In this document: positions 1 through 11,806 of the stretch, piece after piece
Position numbering within the stretch: position 1 is the first letter of the stretch
Layout of the letters: every line of letters starts with the position of its first letter
Source of the DNA: the human T2T-CHM13v2.0 reference genome, Homo sapiens
Assembly: GCF_009914755.1 (NCBI RefSeq)
Contig: NC_060931.1
Strand: one strand, 5' to 3'
DNA length: 64,000 nucleotides
Notes under the pieces: generated by a model
What the model was told of the DNA's origin: nothing
The model's input: the letters and a program-made list of their open reading frames with translations, nothing else
Databases searched by the model: none
Translations under genes and position numbers: made by a program

Positions 1-849
1 ATTAGAAGAAAATCAAACGGTGAGCTGGATTCAGAAAGCCCATCAGCTGATTTTTTTTTCTGATTATTTTCCTGCCATCATATACATAGCGAGAACATTA
101 AAATAAAACAGGATAATGGGATTTGGTGATCAGAATTGTTTCTGCCTGTGTATTACCATTGACACCAGGCAACTTCCAACCACTGGTGGGTGAAAAGCTA
201 TATCCAGATGTACTGGGGCCAGAGCAGAAATGAGACCTCTGGGCAGATCCTGTCCCCAGCACAGGATCCCAGATGGATGTGGTGCATCCCTCCAGACAAT
301 GGGCTGCTGTGGACCCTGTGAGACCTAGTCCCTCCCTCTGTCCTTCCTTTGGTTGTCGTTCCACTAGGCCTGTAACATGCTTTTCCTGGGCATCCTCTTC
401 TCTTCTGCAGCCTTGTCCTTCCCTGTTCAGGCACAGTTTCTTGTGTCCAAAGCTGAGACTGCATTTCCTCCTCCATAGACTCCATCTCATTCTCTGCATG
501 ATCTCTCTGAGTCTCTAGCCTGTGACCCCTTTCCTTCCAGGTGCCTAGCACATGTGCTGCCCTGTGTACTGCTGGCTCTCTGCACCTGAGCTGCCCCTTG
601 GCCTGAGAGTTGGGTCTCTGATATAGGCTGACCCAAAGATTGTGCTCAACCAATATTCTCAGAAGTTGTTTTTTCCTTTTACAGGGAAAAGCCTACATCT
701 TTTTTTTTTTTTTAATTATGTGGACCAATAGTTCCAGGATACTGTACTCTTCCTTCAGTGCTGAATTTCTAAGCATGATTAATTTTGTTTTGAGGACTTC
801 TTGGTCCTGGTTGCTAATAATGTTGAAACTTCATTACACATAGCATTTC

Positions 850-960
850 ACCTTAAGATGTAAGGTAACTCTCATGAATATCCTGTGGTGATTTGATTTC
901 CATCCCATAAATAAAGAAACTGGGGCTCACCCAGTAAGTGGTGTGAGGAGGATTCAGTTC
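850..960 (-). mobile_element. MIR SINE fragment
   Basis: Degenerate reverse-complement MIR core (catcccataaataaagaaactggggctcacccagtaagtgg). Confidence 0.5.
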
Positions 961-1176
961 CACTCTTCTATCAAGCACATTCTTCTTTGCTCTTTACCAT
1001 CTGAGCTAACCCTTTCCTGCAGGACACCAGCCCAGGGCACTACTAGAGCTGGGACTTGCACAGCCAGAGTACATTTTCTTCCAGGGCCCAGGGAAGGGTT
1101 TCTTGGCCTTTGCTTGGAGAGAGATTCCAAGAAATTTTCTAGAGATTCTTTCCTGGGGAAAAGGGGAATGAAAAAG

Positions 1177-1440
1177 AAGAGAGACAGATAGAGACAGAGA
1201 GAGATAAGAGATAAAGACATGGAGACAGATAAGGACAGAGAGAGATAAGAGATAGAGATAGAGACAGAGAGACGGACAGAGAGACACAGAGAGATAAGAG
1301 ATAGAGACAGAGATAAAAAGACAGAGAGATAGATAGTCAAAGAGATAGAGACAGAGAGAGATGTAGAGATAGAGAAACAAACAGGAAAAGAGAGGCAGAG
1401 AGATAAAGAGACAGATAGACAGAGACAGGGAGAGATCAAG
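1177..1440. repeat. GA-rich simple repeat, (GAGACA/GAGATA)n
   Basis: Seen directly; it produces the spurious SL-rich ORFs 954-1499 and 1006-1380. Confidence 0.95.
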
Positions 1441-1749
1441 AGAGCCCCAGAGGAGAAGTTCTTAGGCATCAAGTCATGGTGGAGGAGCCCAGCACACAAG
1501 GCTGTACAAGGAGCCTCCTAGGCCTTCATTCTCCCTCCATGTGCCTCCACGTGTGTAAGAACAGCCTTCGGGGGCTCACAAAAGAGGGCATCTGGGGCTC
1601 CTAAATGAGGCTGCAGGACAAAGACCCACTGGGTCTCACTCAGAACAAGGCAACCTGCTTCACCCAGCAGCAGAGAAAGGATGTTGTCAGGAGCAGAACA
1701 AGAGACTCCAGGCCGCATTCAAAGTGTTCTCTAACAAACACAATTCCAG

Positions 1750-2120
1750 TGGCATTGTTCCCCAATCAGAGCCCCATTGACTGAGTGGCTCTTGTTATCT
1801 GACCTTCCTGTGAATGTCTGGGAGCGCTCCGAGCCAACACAGCCTCTTACGTAAGAGGATTTTAGAAAGAGCCCTTTGTGCCAGCAGGTGGTGAGGACAT
1901 ATCCACGAGGGCAGGTCTTCCGCACCTTTCCTCATTTGCTGAGGGCATGAATGGCTGGGACCTGGGCCTGCAGCGGGAACAAAAGCCCATTCACAGGCAC
2001 AGTCTCCGGAGAGCTCCCGCGGGATAATGCAGGGCTCTGGCTTCCAGGTTCGCAGCACGCACTGCTCCCGCCCACCCACTCCAGACTTCCGAGTGGACTC
2101 TGCAATGTGATGCTGCAGGT
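1750..2120. promoter_or_regulatory. CpG-enriched candidate promoter/enhancer
   Basis: CCAATCAG at 1762, palindrome CCTCTTACGTAAGAGG at 1843-1858, SOX-like CATTGTT/AACAAAAG, GC box CCGCCC at about 2068, and visibly more CpGs than the flanks. Confidence 0.35.
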
Positions 2121-2841
2121 GGGAATACAAGTTCATTTTCCATTGTGGGAAAAAAAAATGTGTGGAAAGCATCGTCATACTATTATTCAGAAACATCTCT
2201 TCTAGACAGTTCCTCAGTCACTGAATGGCTGGGTTTGCCTGTTATACCCAGGCTCAGCTGAGGTGCCTGGGACTCTGAAATCTTCTCCACCATGCGAACA
2301 CACATCAACAGGGTTAGGAGTGGATGGGCACAGCCCTGTCCTCACCTCCCACCTCTGTGCCTCTTCACGGATGCGACATTTATTCCACTCTGTTGTGTTC
2401 TAATGAGGCACCCTGATTCATCTTCAGCTTTTAGGGCCAACAATAACTCCTGCTCCCTTTTTTACCCCAGACTCTGGCCTTTTCACTAGATGTTTCCAAC
2501 AAGATTAGACGCTGTTAATGCTCCAGGTGAACTATGTTCTTTTCTTGTAGGCTCACATCACATCTGTGACCTAACAGGTATGTGCAATTTTTCTTTATTG
2601 TCCTATTCTCCCCAGTGGGGAGAGGACTGTGTCTTGGTTTGCTTCCCTTGAGACCCTGTACTAGCACAGCATCAACACTGGACACCATGGGGCAAATCCA
2701 AGCTCAGCCTTCTCTGTTCTCAGTGCTCACTGTGGGCCCCCACAGTCCCCACAAACAGTGGGAATGGGCCAAGCTGTGACTCCTGAACCTGTCTCTTCCT
2801 TGGAGGGAGCTTCATACATCATGAGCACAGTGTTCTTTTTA

Positions 2842-3150
2842 TTTATTTGTTTGTTTGTTTGTTTATTTTTGAGATGGAGTCTCACTCTGTCACCAGGTTG
2901 GAGTGCAGTGGTGCCATCTTGGGTTCACTGCAACCTCTGCCTCCCAGGTTCAAGTGATTCTCCTTACTCAGCCTCCTGAGCAGCTGGGACTACAGGCGCG
3001 TGCCACCACACCCAGCTAATTTTTGTATTTTTAATAGAGACGGGGTTTCACCATGTTGGCCAGGATGGTCTCGATCTCTTGACCCCGTGATCCGCCTGCC
3101 TCGGCCTCCCAAAGTGCTGGGATTACAAGCATGAGCCACCGCACCCAGCC
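2842..3150 (-). mobile_element. Full-length AluS (AluSc-like)
   Basis: Complete dimer with caggatggtctcgatctcttgacc diagnostic; TSD GTGTTCTTTTTA at 2830-2841 and 3151-3162. Confidence 0.95.
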
Positions 3151-3389
3151 GTGTTCTTTTTAATGAACTAAATAATTTAAGTAATGCAATGGAAGAAGTT
3201 GGTGGAGAATCTAATCCATTTTCCCAGTCTGGGAATCAGCAATCTCACATTTGTCCTCCTGCCTCTGCTTGCCACTTTCTCCCTTTGGTAGTCAGGTTTT
3301 TATGCGTAAATCCTGATTCGTGGAAAAGAATTAGAATTCATGGTCTACTTCTGATCCAGTGGCCTGTTAGGTTGGTAACAATCTTTATC

Positions 3390-3580
3390 ATCAATGCAGC
3401 AACCATTCATCCTTTCCTAATGTTGGCAAGGTGTTAATTCACTAAATCCTCATAAACCACAGGATGTGGTGGGTAGCTGCCATTCTCATCCCTGTTTTAT
3501 GTATGTGATAGCTGAGGTGCCCAGAGGGTCAGTCACCTGCTGGGCCACACACTGAGTGGGGAAACAGGGCTGTGGCCAGC
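3390..3580 (-). mobile_element. MIR SINE
   Basis: aatcctcataaacc...ccctgttttatg...gctgaggtgcccagagggtcagtcacctg resembles reverse-complement MIR. Confidence 0.7.
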
Positions 3581-5689
3581 TGGCCAGCAGGGCTGCTTGC
3601 TTAAGACACATTCTCAGCCACCCGACTGAGGTGCTCCTAGCCACAAGCCTTCGAATTCACTGTTGACACTGAGGCAAGAGATGATCCTTCAACTGAATAT
3701 TGCAAAAAAGAATAACTTTGGAAATAAAGTACTAGACATGGAAATAAAAGAAATTTAGGAAACTTGTTTCCTAAGGAAAATTGTTCCTTTGCTGGGTCTG
3801 AGAGGTGACTGCACCCCTCATGAAGCATCAGGTCTGAGAGGTTAAGCCTCTCAGAGAAATATTCACAACTTGCGTGTAGGATGGACCATAGTGTGGCTAT
3901 CTCCAGAAAGACAACACTGAATTGGTAAGACAGATTTGTAACAGGAAGAGGCTACTCTATTCCAAGTGGGTGTGGCCCATCCCACTATTTGATTTCTTGA
4001 TTGGGTTCACATTGACAATCTTTGTCTGCCTTTTTCAGATTCATGTGAAAAGCCACTGCTACCAGCCTCTCCGTGGGGTCCGTGACATGATCGGATGGGG
4101 ATTTTGCCTTTAATGTAGTCTAGTGTCTTTTAAACATCCCTTTCTTCCTATCATTCAAATTTGTTATTATTGTCTTCTGTATTTCATAGGAAAACAAACA
4201 CTGCTTGTTATATATTTCTGTTAAAATATTGCATACACTTTTGCTGTTTTGATTTTGCATCCTTTTTAAAACTCTGTGTCATGATCTTTTTATCGGACTT
4301 TAACTTTTCAAGATTTCCATGTGTGTGGGAAACAATGACTTTTTTGTCTACAAATCCCGAGTTTCCTATTGCTCTCTAAGGAAGTTGCTCTTCTGTAACA
4401 ACTGTGTCAGTATTTCCATTGCCTCATACTTAATTAACATGTTTCATTCATCTGTTGCAATTATCGTTTTTTTTCCCAAAAAATGCCAGGTTTTAATATA
4501 GAGCAGTTATCCCGCGATTAATTAGAACCTTTCAGCTCACTATTCTTGGAATATCCTTTTACAATTTTAGCACCCTATAGATTATCTGAGGCTCACAAAA
4601 ATGAATTTTATTGTTACTACCGAAATAGTTGGAAACAATGGGGAGTGGGAGGGATATAGATTCAGCTCTCAGAAGACGTGTGATATGCCCCGTTCCCCAA
4701 ACCCTGGCCCTGTGGGGATTTCTTCATCCTTCAACGTCAGCCCACAGGATGAGGATATGATGGAATAGGGGGGTGTAGTTTACTGTCAACTTTTCTTAAA
4801 TATCCCTTTTCCAACTATTCTTTGATCTCTCCCTCTCATTCTCTATGGGCAGGAAAATAGCTCACTTTTTCACATTGCACTTAAAAAAAAACAGTTGGAT
4901 GCAATGGGGTCTCTCTAATCACCATGGGAGCAAGAGGACTGAGGCTTCCAGAATTGCCCATTGACTGGAGAACATTGCTGAAGATGCTGCTCTGTTTATG
5001 AATGCAGCATTTACGAATAAGACCTGCAACAACCAGAGGCTCAATGGTGGAGAAGGAGGCATCAGGCCATGAGTTACAGTTCAATGCTGTGACAAGGGGG
5101 GTGAAGTCCATGCCTAAAGCCACAGGAGATTAATGGTGCCTCTGGGCTTGTGGAAGTCTCCCTAAAAGAGGTCACATTTCTGAGAAGAGATATTTGCATA
5201 CCAAGGGACTTTGGAGGTAGGCAGAGCTGTCCAGGAGTGGGAAGTCAGAAGGAGGGAGTAAACTAACTTCACCAAGTTTCACCTGGGGACCCGAGGCACA
5301 ACCTCTGATGCTGGCAAGGAGTGTTCTCATCTGAACTGAGGATTACACCAATCATGGGTCACTCTAGGTGTGAGCTGTGTTTAGGAATTATACCTCAGGG
5401 GTATAGTTTAAGCAGCAATTTACCAGAAGAGTTTTCATAACTTCCCAGGTGACAGCACATTTTGGCTCTGTTAATTGAACTGGAAGCTTCCAGTTCCTGG
5501 CCTCTGTGATCCTGTGACAAAGTGACTCTGACCAGGTACTCCTCTGTTTGGGAAAAGAGAGTCCTGCTCAGAATAGGAGCCGGAGCCTGATAGGACAGGT
5601 GGTCCCTGAAGTATCTGCTTCCCCCTCAGGGCTCCCTTGCTTCCTCCCCACTTACCCCATCTCCTGTTCTGTATATACTTTTATTTTAT

Positions 5690-5847
5690 TTTAATCTCAT
5701 TTATTGTCTGTCTTCTCCCTGGGATGTATGTTCCAGGAGTACAGGGATTCTTTTCTCTTTTAATTTCTGTAATATCCTCAGCACATATTACTTTGCCTGA
5801 CTTGTAGTAGGAGCTCAATAAGTTGTTGTGGAATGAATAAATGAATT
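5690..5847 (+). mobile_element. L2 3' end
   Basis: gcctgacttgtagtaggagctcaataagttgttgtggaatgaataaatgaat is a typical L2 terminus. Confidence 0.75.
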
Positions 5848-6959
5848 AAGTCATTGATAAATTATTCACCACTGTAACCATAATGAATTCAGATCCAGCG
5901 TGAATACTGGGTGTCCCCTAGCCTGTCATGCAATGTTTCCGTATATTGGGAGTGTTTATGACACTGCAGTTGCACTGACTCACTGCACAACGTGTCTCAC
6001 TCCCAGCCTGCAGGCCTCAGGTGGAGGCAGAGCCAACGTGGCGCATTCCTGTGTCTCATTTCAACCTAGGGAAGCTGACTGTGAGTAGGGCATGAGGACT
6101 TTTGTGTCCAGGCAGGTTTATTATGAGGCTGCAGTCTTGTTCTACACCACGTACACACACAGATAATTGGACCTCTGCCTATGTACAGATGGCAGAAATT
6201 CGGTCAATTAGTCTCTCTCTCTCTCTGGAAAATTAGTAAGAATCAAAAATAGAAATAAGGACTGAGGAAGTCATTAAGCATTGTTAGTGGGGAGTAACTT
6301 GGTTAAGGCATTACAGACTCCTGTACTGAAAAGACAAGCAAAAGCCCTGGAGCCACCCAGGGTCCTGAGTGATGGTCCTGCACCCCCTCCCACTCTCCAA
6401 GGTCAGTTCCTGCAGGGCTGGTAAAACCTCCATGCCAGGGGTGCCCTCACAAATGTTTCTAAACCCAAGCCCTTGAGGTCACCTACATGAATTCCTTATA
6501 CATACAGCCAACGAGTCTGCAGGAAGCCTGTCTCCAGGTTGGAGTCTGCTTTGTAGAGGACAAGGGAGCCATCCCTGAGGTGGGAGGGAAGAGGGGAGGA
6601 AGCCCAGGTGGGTTGGAGGCAGAGCTTCAAACATGGGCCTACAGGTATATAAGCTCTCAGAAGACAAGAGGGAGAAAGTGCTGGGAACACGGCAAAGAAG
6701 TGTTCATCATCTTAATTTTCCTGTAAGTATCATTCCAGAAAGAGGGAGACCAAGTTGTAATTCCAACCCAGGGTTCTCACTCCAGAACCCAGGTTTCTGT
6801 GCTGTATCCAAACCTCTAACGCTGACTCAGGCAGCTAACGGGAACAGCTGGACTGGACGGAGCAGCATGATTGGAGGAAACTATGTTCCTAGGAATACTG
6901 TTTTAACTCAATGAGTGTAGTCAAATTGTGGGTTATTGTGGTTTATTAAAGCAGAGCTC

Positions 6960-7140
6960 CATTGTTGGAATGCCAACTCCCTATCAGACCAGCACTGGGC
7001 TTTCTAATCTTAATTTATAGTCCTCTTGACCACCTTGCCAGTGGGTACAGGTGACTTTATTTAGCAAACGAGGAGACTGAGGCACAAAAAGTTTGATGAG
7101 TGTGCTCAGGGTTGCAGAGATTGTAGGTGACAAAGCTGAG
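6960..7140 (-). mobile_element. MIR SINE
   Basis: gaggagactgaggcacaaaaagttt...gctcagggttgcagag...gacaaagctgag. Confidence 0.7.
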
Positions 7141-7976
7141 AAAGCTTTGATAGATTGATGACTGATTTATTTTTTTCTTCCCTTTGTTCTTTTTTGCAAC
7201 CTGGCATGTGCCGGGCAAGTTAACCTACTCCTATGAAAATGATCTGCTTTCAGACCACGCCCAACCTATCAGGGACATGAAGCAGGGCTGCAGAATATCA
7301 AAGCACCATCTAGAGACTCAAAATCCGGAGACCCTATCAATTCCAAGGAGGATAAAAATCACCTTTGATTGCTCGAATCTGGGAAGGGCAGGTAGATGGG
7401 GTGACATTTGAAATGAGTCTTGAAGAGTGTCTAGGAAATGACTGAAAAGAGGCTTTCCAGTGTGCGGGGCACGATCGCCCTTGATATTTAGTTGTGTTTT
7501 ACTGGCTGAAAAGTCTTTTCTTATTTATTTTTTCACATAATAAAATTTGCACGGTGATTTTCATGGAGTGACCAAGATAAATAGGTGGAGCTGCAAATAC
7601 GTGTGCTGAGCAAGGGCAATGGTCAGACGCTCAGCCACGGACAGAGCACTGGAGGACAGGTGCTCTGGGCCACCCCTTGGGGGATCGTGAAAAGCAGAAT
7701 CCCCCTCCCCTCAGTAAGAACCCACTTTATTTAACAACAGCCACTGGAGAAGTTCAGAGAAACCAAAAGATGATTCTTTGAAAAGATGAATAAAATTGAT
7801 AAATATCTAGCTGAGAGGAAGTAGGGGCAGGGGACATGGAAGAGAGGAGGGAGGAGAGAGGATGAAAAAGGGGCACCTACAGAGATCCTACAGACAGAAA
7901 GGAAAATAGGGAATACTGGGAAAACTTTATGTCAATAAATTTGACACACTAGCGTTAAAATAGAGAATTTTTTTTT

Positions 7977-8078
7977 CACCTGAGGTCAGGAGTTTGCGAC
8001 GAGCCTGACCAACATGGTGAAACCCCGTCTCTACTAAAAAATACAAAAATTAGCCGGGCATGGTGGCAGGCGCCTATA
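7977..8078 (+). mobile_element. Internal Alu fragment (AluSp-like; left arm, linker and start of right arm)
   Basis: cacctgaggtcaggag...gcctgaccaacatggtgaaaccccgtctctactaaaaaatacaaaaattagccgggc. Confidence 0.9.
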
Positions 8079-8345
8079 GGCTGAAGTGCAATGGCACTGT
8101 CTGGGCTCAATGAAACCTCCGCCCCCGGGGTTCAAGCGATTGTCACGCCTCAGCCTCCTGAGTAGCTGAGATTACAGGTGCCCGCCACCATGACTAGCTA
8201 TTTTTTTTTTTTTTTTGGTATTTTTAGTCGAGGTGGGGTTTCACTATGTTGGCCAGGCTGTTCTTGAACTCCTGACCTCAGGCGATTTGCTCGCCTCGGC
8301 CTCCCAAAGTGCTGGGATTACAGGCGTGAGCTACGGCATCTGGAC
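8078..8345 (-). mobile_element. AluS (Sq/Sx-like) lacking its last ~25 nt
   Basis: Antisense Alu from aggctgaagtgcaatgg to gtgagctacggcatctggac. Confidence 0.9.
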
Positions 8346-8649
8346 TAGAAATGTTTTAAAAGACACAAATGACCAAGCTAGGTTTTGTTCCAAATGATGA
8401 TGAAAAACCATTAAGCAGTCGTTGTTGTGAAGTGAGTTGAGGGGAAAGATGGGCATGGGAGCCCAGACCCAGTAACTTGCAGTTACCCAGGGAGTGAAGA
8501 CGGGTCCTACTAGGAGGTTGATGGCGGCAGTGGCTGACAGCATCAGGAACTAGAGAAGAAGAGGAGTCCTGAGGATCCAAAGCTCTCAATATCATCAACT
8601 GGGGAAAGCCATTTATGGTCTCAGGACCTGGAGGTAGGAACACACTTGA

Positions 8650-9190
8650 GGGGTTTGGGCAAACAAGTGTTCAGTTTGGGGGAAGTCAAGGCTGAATAGC
8701 TGGTATTCAAATGCATGGAGGTCGAGAGGCAGTTGTGCATGCTAATACCATGCAGAAGAAATGTTGGGACAGGAGATGTAAACATTAGGAAGCTATCAGC
8801 ACATAGTGCAGCTTCAGAGCAGTGAGTGCAGTGAGAATGGGAGAATCAGACTGAGCCGGAACTTTTCTGGGAACTGGGGAGAAGAAGGAACAACACAGGA
8901 GGAAAGCCAGAGGGAGTGATGCGATGACAGCTGAGCCCACAGAGCCTTTTCTAAAAAAGTGATGACAAAGTCTGTGTCAAATGCTGCTGAAAGGCCTGTA
9001 TAGTGAACATTGCAAATTTCCCATGAGTTTTGATCAAGTGAAATTTATTAGTGACCCTGATGAGAACATTTTCACTGAAAGGAAGGACACCTGGAATGAT
9101 GGAATGGAAGAAAGGAAGGACAAATATTAGACGCAGATGCTATAAACAATTCTTTCAAGGGGTTGATGATAGAAGAAAGCAAAAATAATG
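8650..9190 (-). mobile_element. L2 internal fragment
   Basis: gttcagtttggg, gtcaaatgctgctgaaagg, gtgaccctgatgagaacattttcactg resemble reverse-complement L2. Confidence 0.65.
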
Positions 9191-9310
9191 GTGGAAAATA
9201 TTGGTACCATGTTAATACTTCGACGCTAGAGAAAATTGTTGTTAAAGTGAGGGATAATGTGGCGAGTATGATGTTGTTGGTAACTACCTAGTAAATATTG
9301 ATAGGGTTGA

Positions 9311-9872
9311 TTGTGGAAGACAGCGTGGCTATTCCTCAAGGATCTAGAACCAGAAATACCATTTGATTCAGTAATGCCATTACTGGGTATATACCCAAAG
9401 GAATAGAAATCATTCTACTATAAAGATACATGCACACGTATATTTATCGCAGCACTATTTGCAATAGCAAAGACATGGAACCAACCCAAATGCCCATCAA
9501 TGATAGACTGGATAAAGAAAATGTGGTACAAGTACACCACGGAATACTATGCAGCCATAAAAAGGAATGAGATCATGTGCTTTGCAGGGACATGGATGAA
9601 GCTAGAAGCCATCATCCTCAGCAAACTAACACAGGAACAGAAAATCAAACACTGCATGTTTTCACTCATAATTGGGAGTTGAACATTGGAAACACATGGA
9701 CACAGAGAGGGGAACAACCATCAGGGCCTGTTGAGGGGTGGGGGGTGAGGGGAGGGAACTTAGAGGACGGGTCAATAGGTACAGCAAACCACCACGGCAC
9801 TCGTATACCTATGTAACAAACCTGCATGTTCTGCATATGTATCCCATTTTTTAGAAGCTATAAAGAAAAAAG
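9311..9872 (+). mobile_element. 5'-truncated L1PA (about L1PA8-10) 3' end
   Basis: ORF2p C-terminus (ORF 9500-9682, DWIKKMW...CMFSLIIGS), L1PA 3'UTR, and 16-bp TSD ATATTGATAGGGTTGA at 9295-9310 and 9873-9888. Confidence 0.95.
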
Positions 9873-10809
9873 ATATTGATAGGGTTGAATTGGAAATCCC
9901 CAACTCCAACATTTTCTGCAGAAATCAAACACACAAAAGCTAAAATATATTTTAAATGTACTATGTAATTTCTTACTTAATTGTATTATGAAGTGAATTT
10001 TTCTGCAAAGCAAAATATCTTTTAGCAAAGACCTGAGCCCTGTGATGAATGACTCTTTGAGCCCACTTTCCCCACACTGGGCTCACTGACCAGCAGGACG
10101 TGGGTGACACTGATCCCAACAACCTGCTCATCTGGTTGACAACTTAGGGATCATTGTGCAGCTGTTCTCTATAGGGAACCCTAAACTAAAGGTCAGACGG
10201 GAACCTGAAGTCATTCTTAGCATCAAGGAATGCGTCTGGATGGATATTAGGCATTTTCCAAGAACTTATTTCACAGTGATTAAGGCATTTCTTGGGAGAA
10301 GCTCTAGAATTTGGAAATCTTTTGGCATTTCTGGCTTAGCGGAGCTTTTTCCATTCAGAAGTTCTTCCACTGCCTCATTATTTTTAAAATAAATGTTTAT
10401 GGAAAGACATTGTTAAAGGAAAACAGAGTTTAGCAATTATTTCTATTCAGATTCTTTCCCTTAAATCCGGTAATATTTTAGGTTGGACCTATCTGAATAT
10501 TTTTAGTGTTGATCAACACTGATTATTAGTGACTTGCATTTTTACAAGAAATTGATTGTATGAGTATACATACAGTACTAGGCATATAAGAAACATTGGT
10601 TTGAAAGTGTTACAAAAAGAATATGGATTTAACTTTTTTTCTTTCTTTCATCTTTCTTCCTTACATATTTATTGAAAGCCAACATGTAGTGGGAACTGTG
10701 TTTTTTCATGGAATTCAAAGAAGATACTGGCATAGGTACTGCCCTATGGGATTCCACAGCCCAGTGTGGGAGCCTGTCACAGAAACTAACAACAGTGGCA
10801 GCAGTGACA

Positions 10810-11005
10810 CTGGGGTAATAATAAGCTACTACTGTTTAGTATGTGCCAGGCTCTCTGCTAAGCACTGTGCACAGATTATTTCACCCACTGTCAAAAGCAC
10901 ATGCTATCATTTTCCTTATGGTTTTAGATGAGAAACCTGAAGAGCAGAGAGGTTGAGTGACTTGTCCTTCCTGTCACAGGATTGGTGAGCCACAGAGGCG
11001 CGCAT
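10810..11005 (-). mobile_element. MIR SINE
   Basis: tatgtgccaggctctctgctaagcac...ttttagatgagaaacctgaagagcagagaggttgagtgacttgtcc. Confidence 0.85.
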
Positions 11006-11343
11006 CCCCACAGCCAGCACTTGGCACGATGACCCAGGGAGGGAGCAGAGGAAGTGCCCCAGGGAATCCAGGGGACCCATTCAGCAGCCCAGATGGAGGG
11101 TCTTAAAAGATACATAGGAGTAAGTCCAGAGAAGAGGGGTTGTGGAAGGCAGCCACTGGCAGGAATGAAACGATGAATGCCTGAGAGGTGAGGTGCTTTG
11201 GCAGAGAGGAAATTGTAGTAATGCAGAGTCGCTGGAGTGGAGAGAGGGGGATGCGAATCAGCATAGTGGGCTGAGGGGGTGGAAGGGAGTGAGGAACTTA
11301 GGCATTTTGTCAAGAAGATGGAATTCTGTCTAGTGGATTTTAC

Positions 11344-11806
11344 TGTCACCGAACCAAACTGGATCAATTTGCCTACACAACGGAAAGTCAAACACCCAAG
11401 CACTGAGTTTTTGCAGCAAGGAAGTTTGATTGCTGTTTGGACAGAAGAGAGCAGGAAATGCTCAACTCTGTCTCTCTGAGCTGGGTTTGGAGCTTTATAA
11501 GCATAGGTAATGAGGTGCGATCTGACTGGATCTTGCAATTAGGTTTTGCTGGGAGGCATGATCTGACTGGATTCTGCCATGGAGAGATGCCAGGCTTGAT
11601 ATGATTGGATCCTGGATCCTGGTATACCCTGTTGGCTTCTTAATTCAGTCCCACTCCTCTGCCTGACCACTTAGGTTCCACTGGTGCCTTGTTTCTCTGG
11701 GAATGCTCCAGTTACGTGGCCTTCAACATGGGGGTCCATGGCAACTGACAAACAACTCATGACTCTGTTACATAAAAATTGAACCAGATCAATCTGTGTG
11801 GTGACA
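11344..11806 (-). mobile_element. ERV1-class solo LTR (MER90-like)
   Basis: TGTCACC...GGTGACA inverted termini and internal gatctgactggat repeats; subfamily from recall. Confidence 0.7.

Larger units (their letters stand above)
7750..8380 (+). mobile_element. Old L1M ORF2 fragment interrupted by Alu sequences
   Basis: aaccaaaagatgattctttgaaaagatgaataaaattgataaa and actttatgtcaataaatttgac match L1 ORF2; resumes after 8345. Confidence 0.7.

Noticed and set aside
98-653. Overlapping minus-strand ORFs of 133 and 151 aa
   Set aside because: No recognisable domain, one starts at a non-ATG codon, and no clear exon boundaries; consistent with chance ORFs in purine-skewed sequence
954-1499. 181-aa Ser/Leu-rich ORF
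   Set aside because: Translation of the (GAGACA)n simple repeat
9500-9682. ORF with clear protein similarity
   Set aside because: It is the C-terminal tip of L1 ORF2p in a truncated copy, not a host gene
9736-9758. G-quadruplex-like G tract
   Set aside because: Standard G-rich tract of the L1PA 3'UTR
10924-11538. Longest ORF in the window (204 aa)
   Set aside because: Spans LTR, L2 and MIR remnants, starts at a non-ATG codon and shows no homology I recognise
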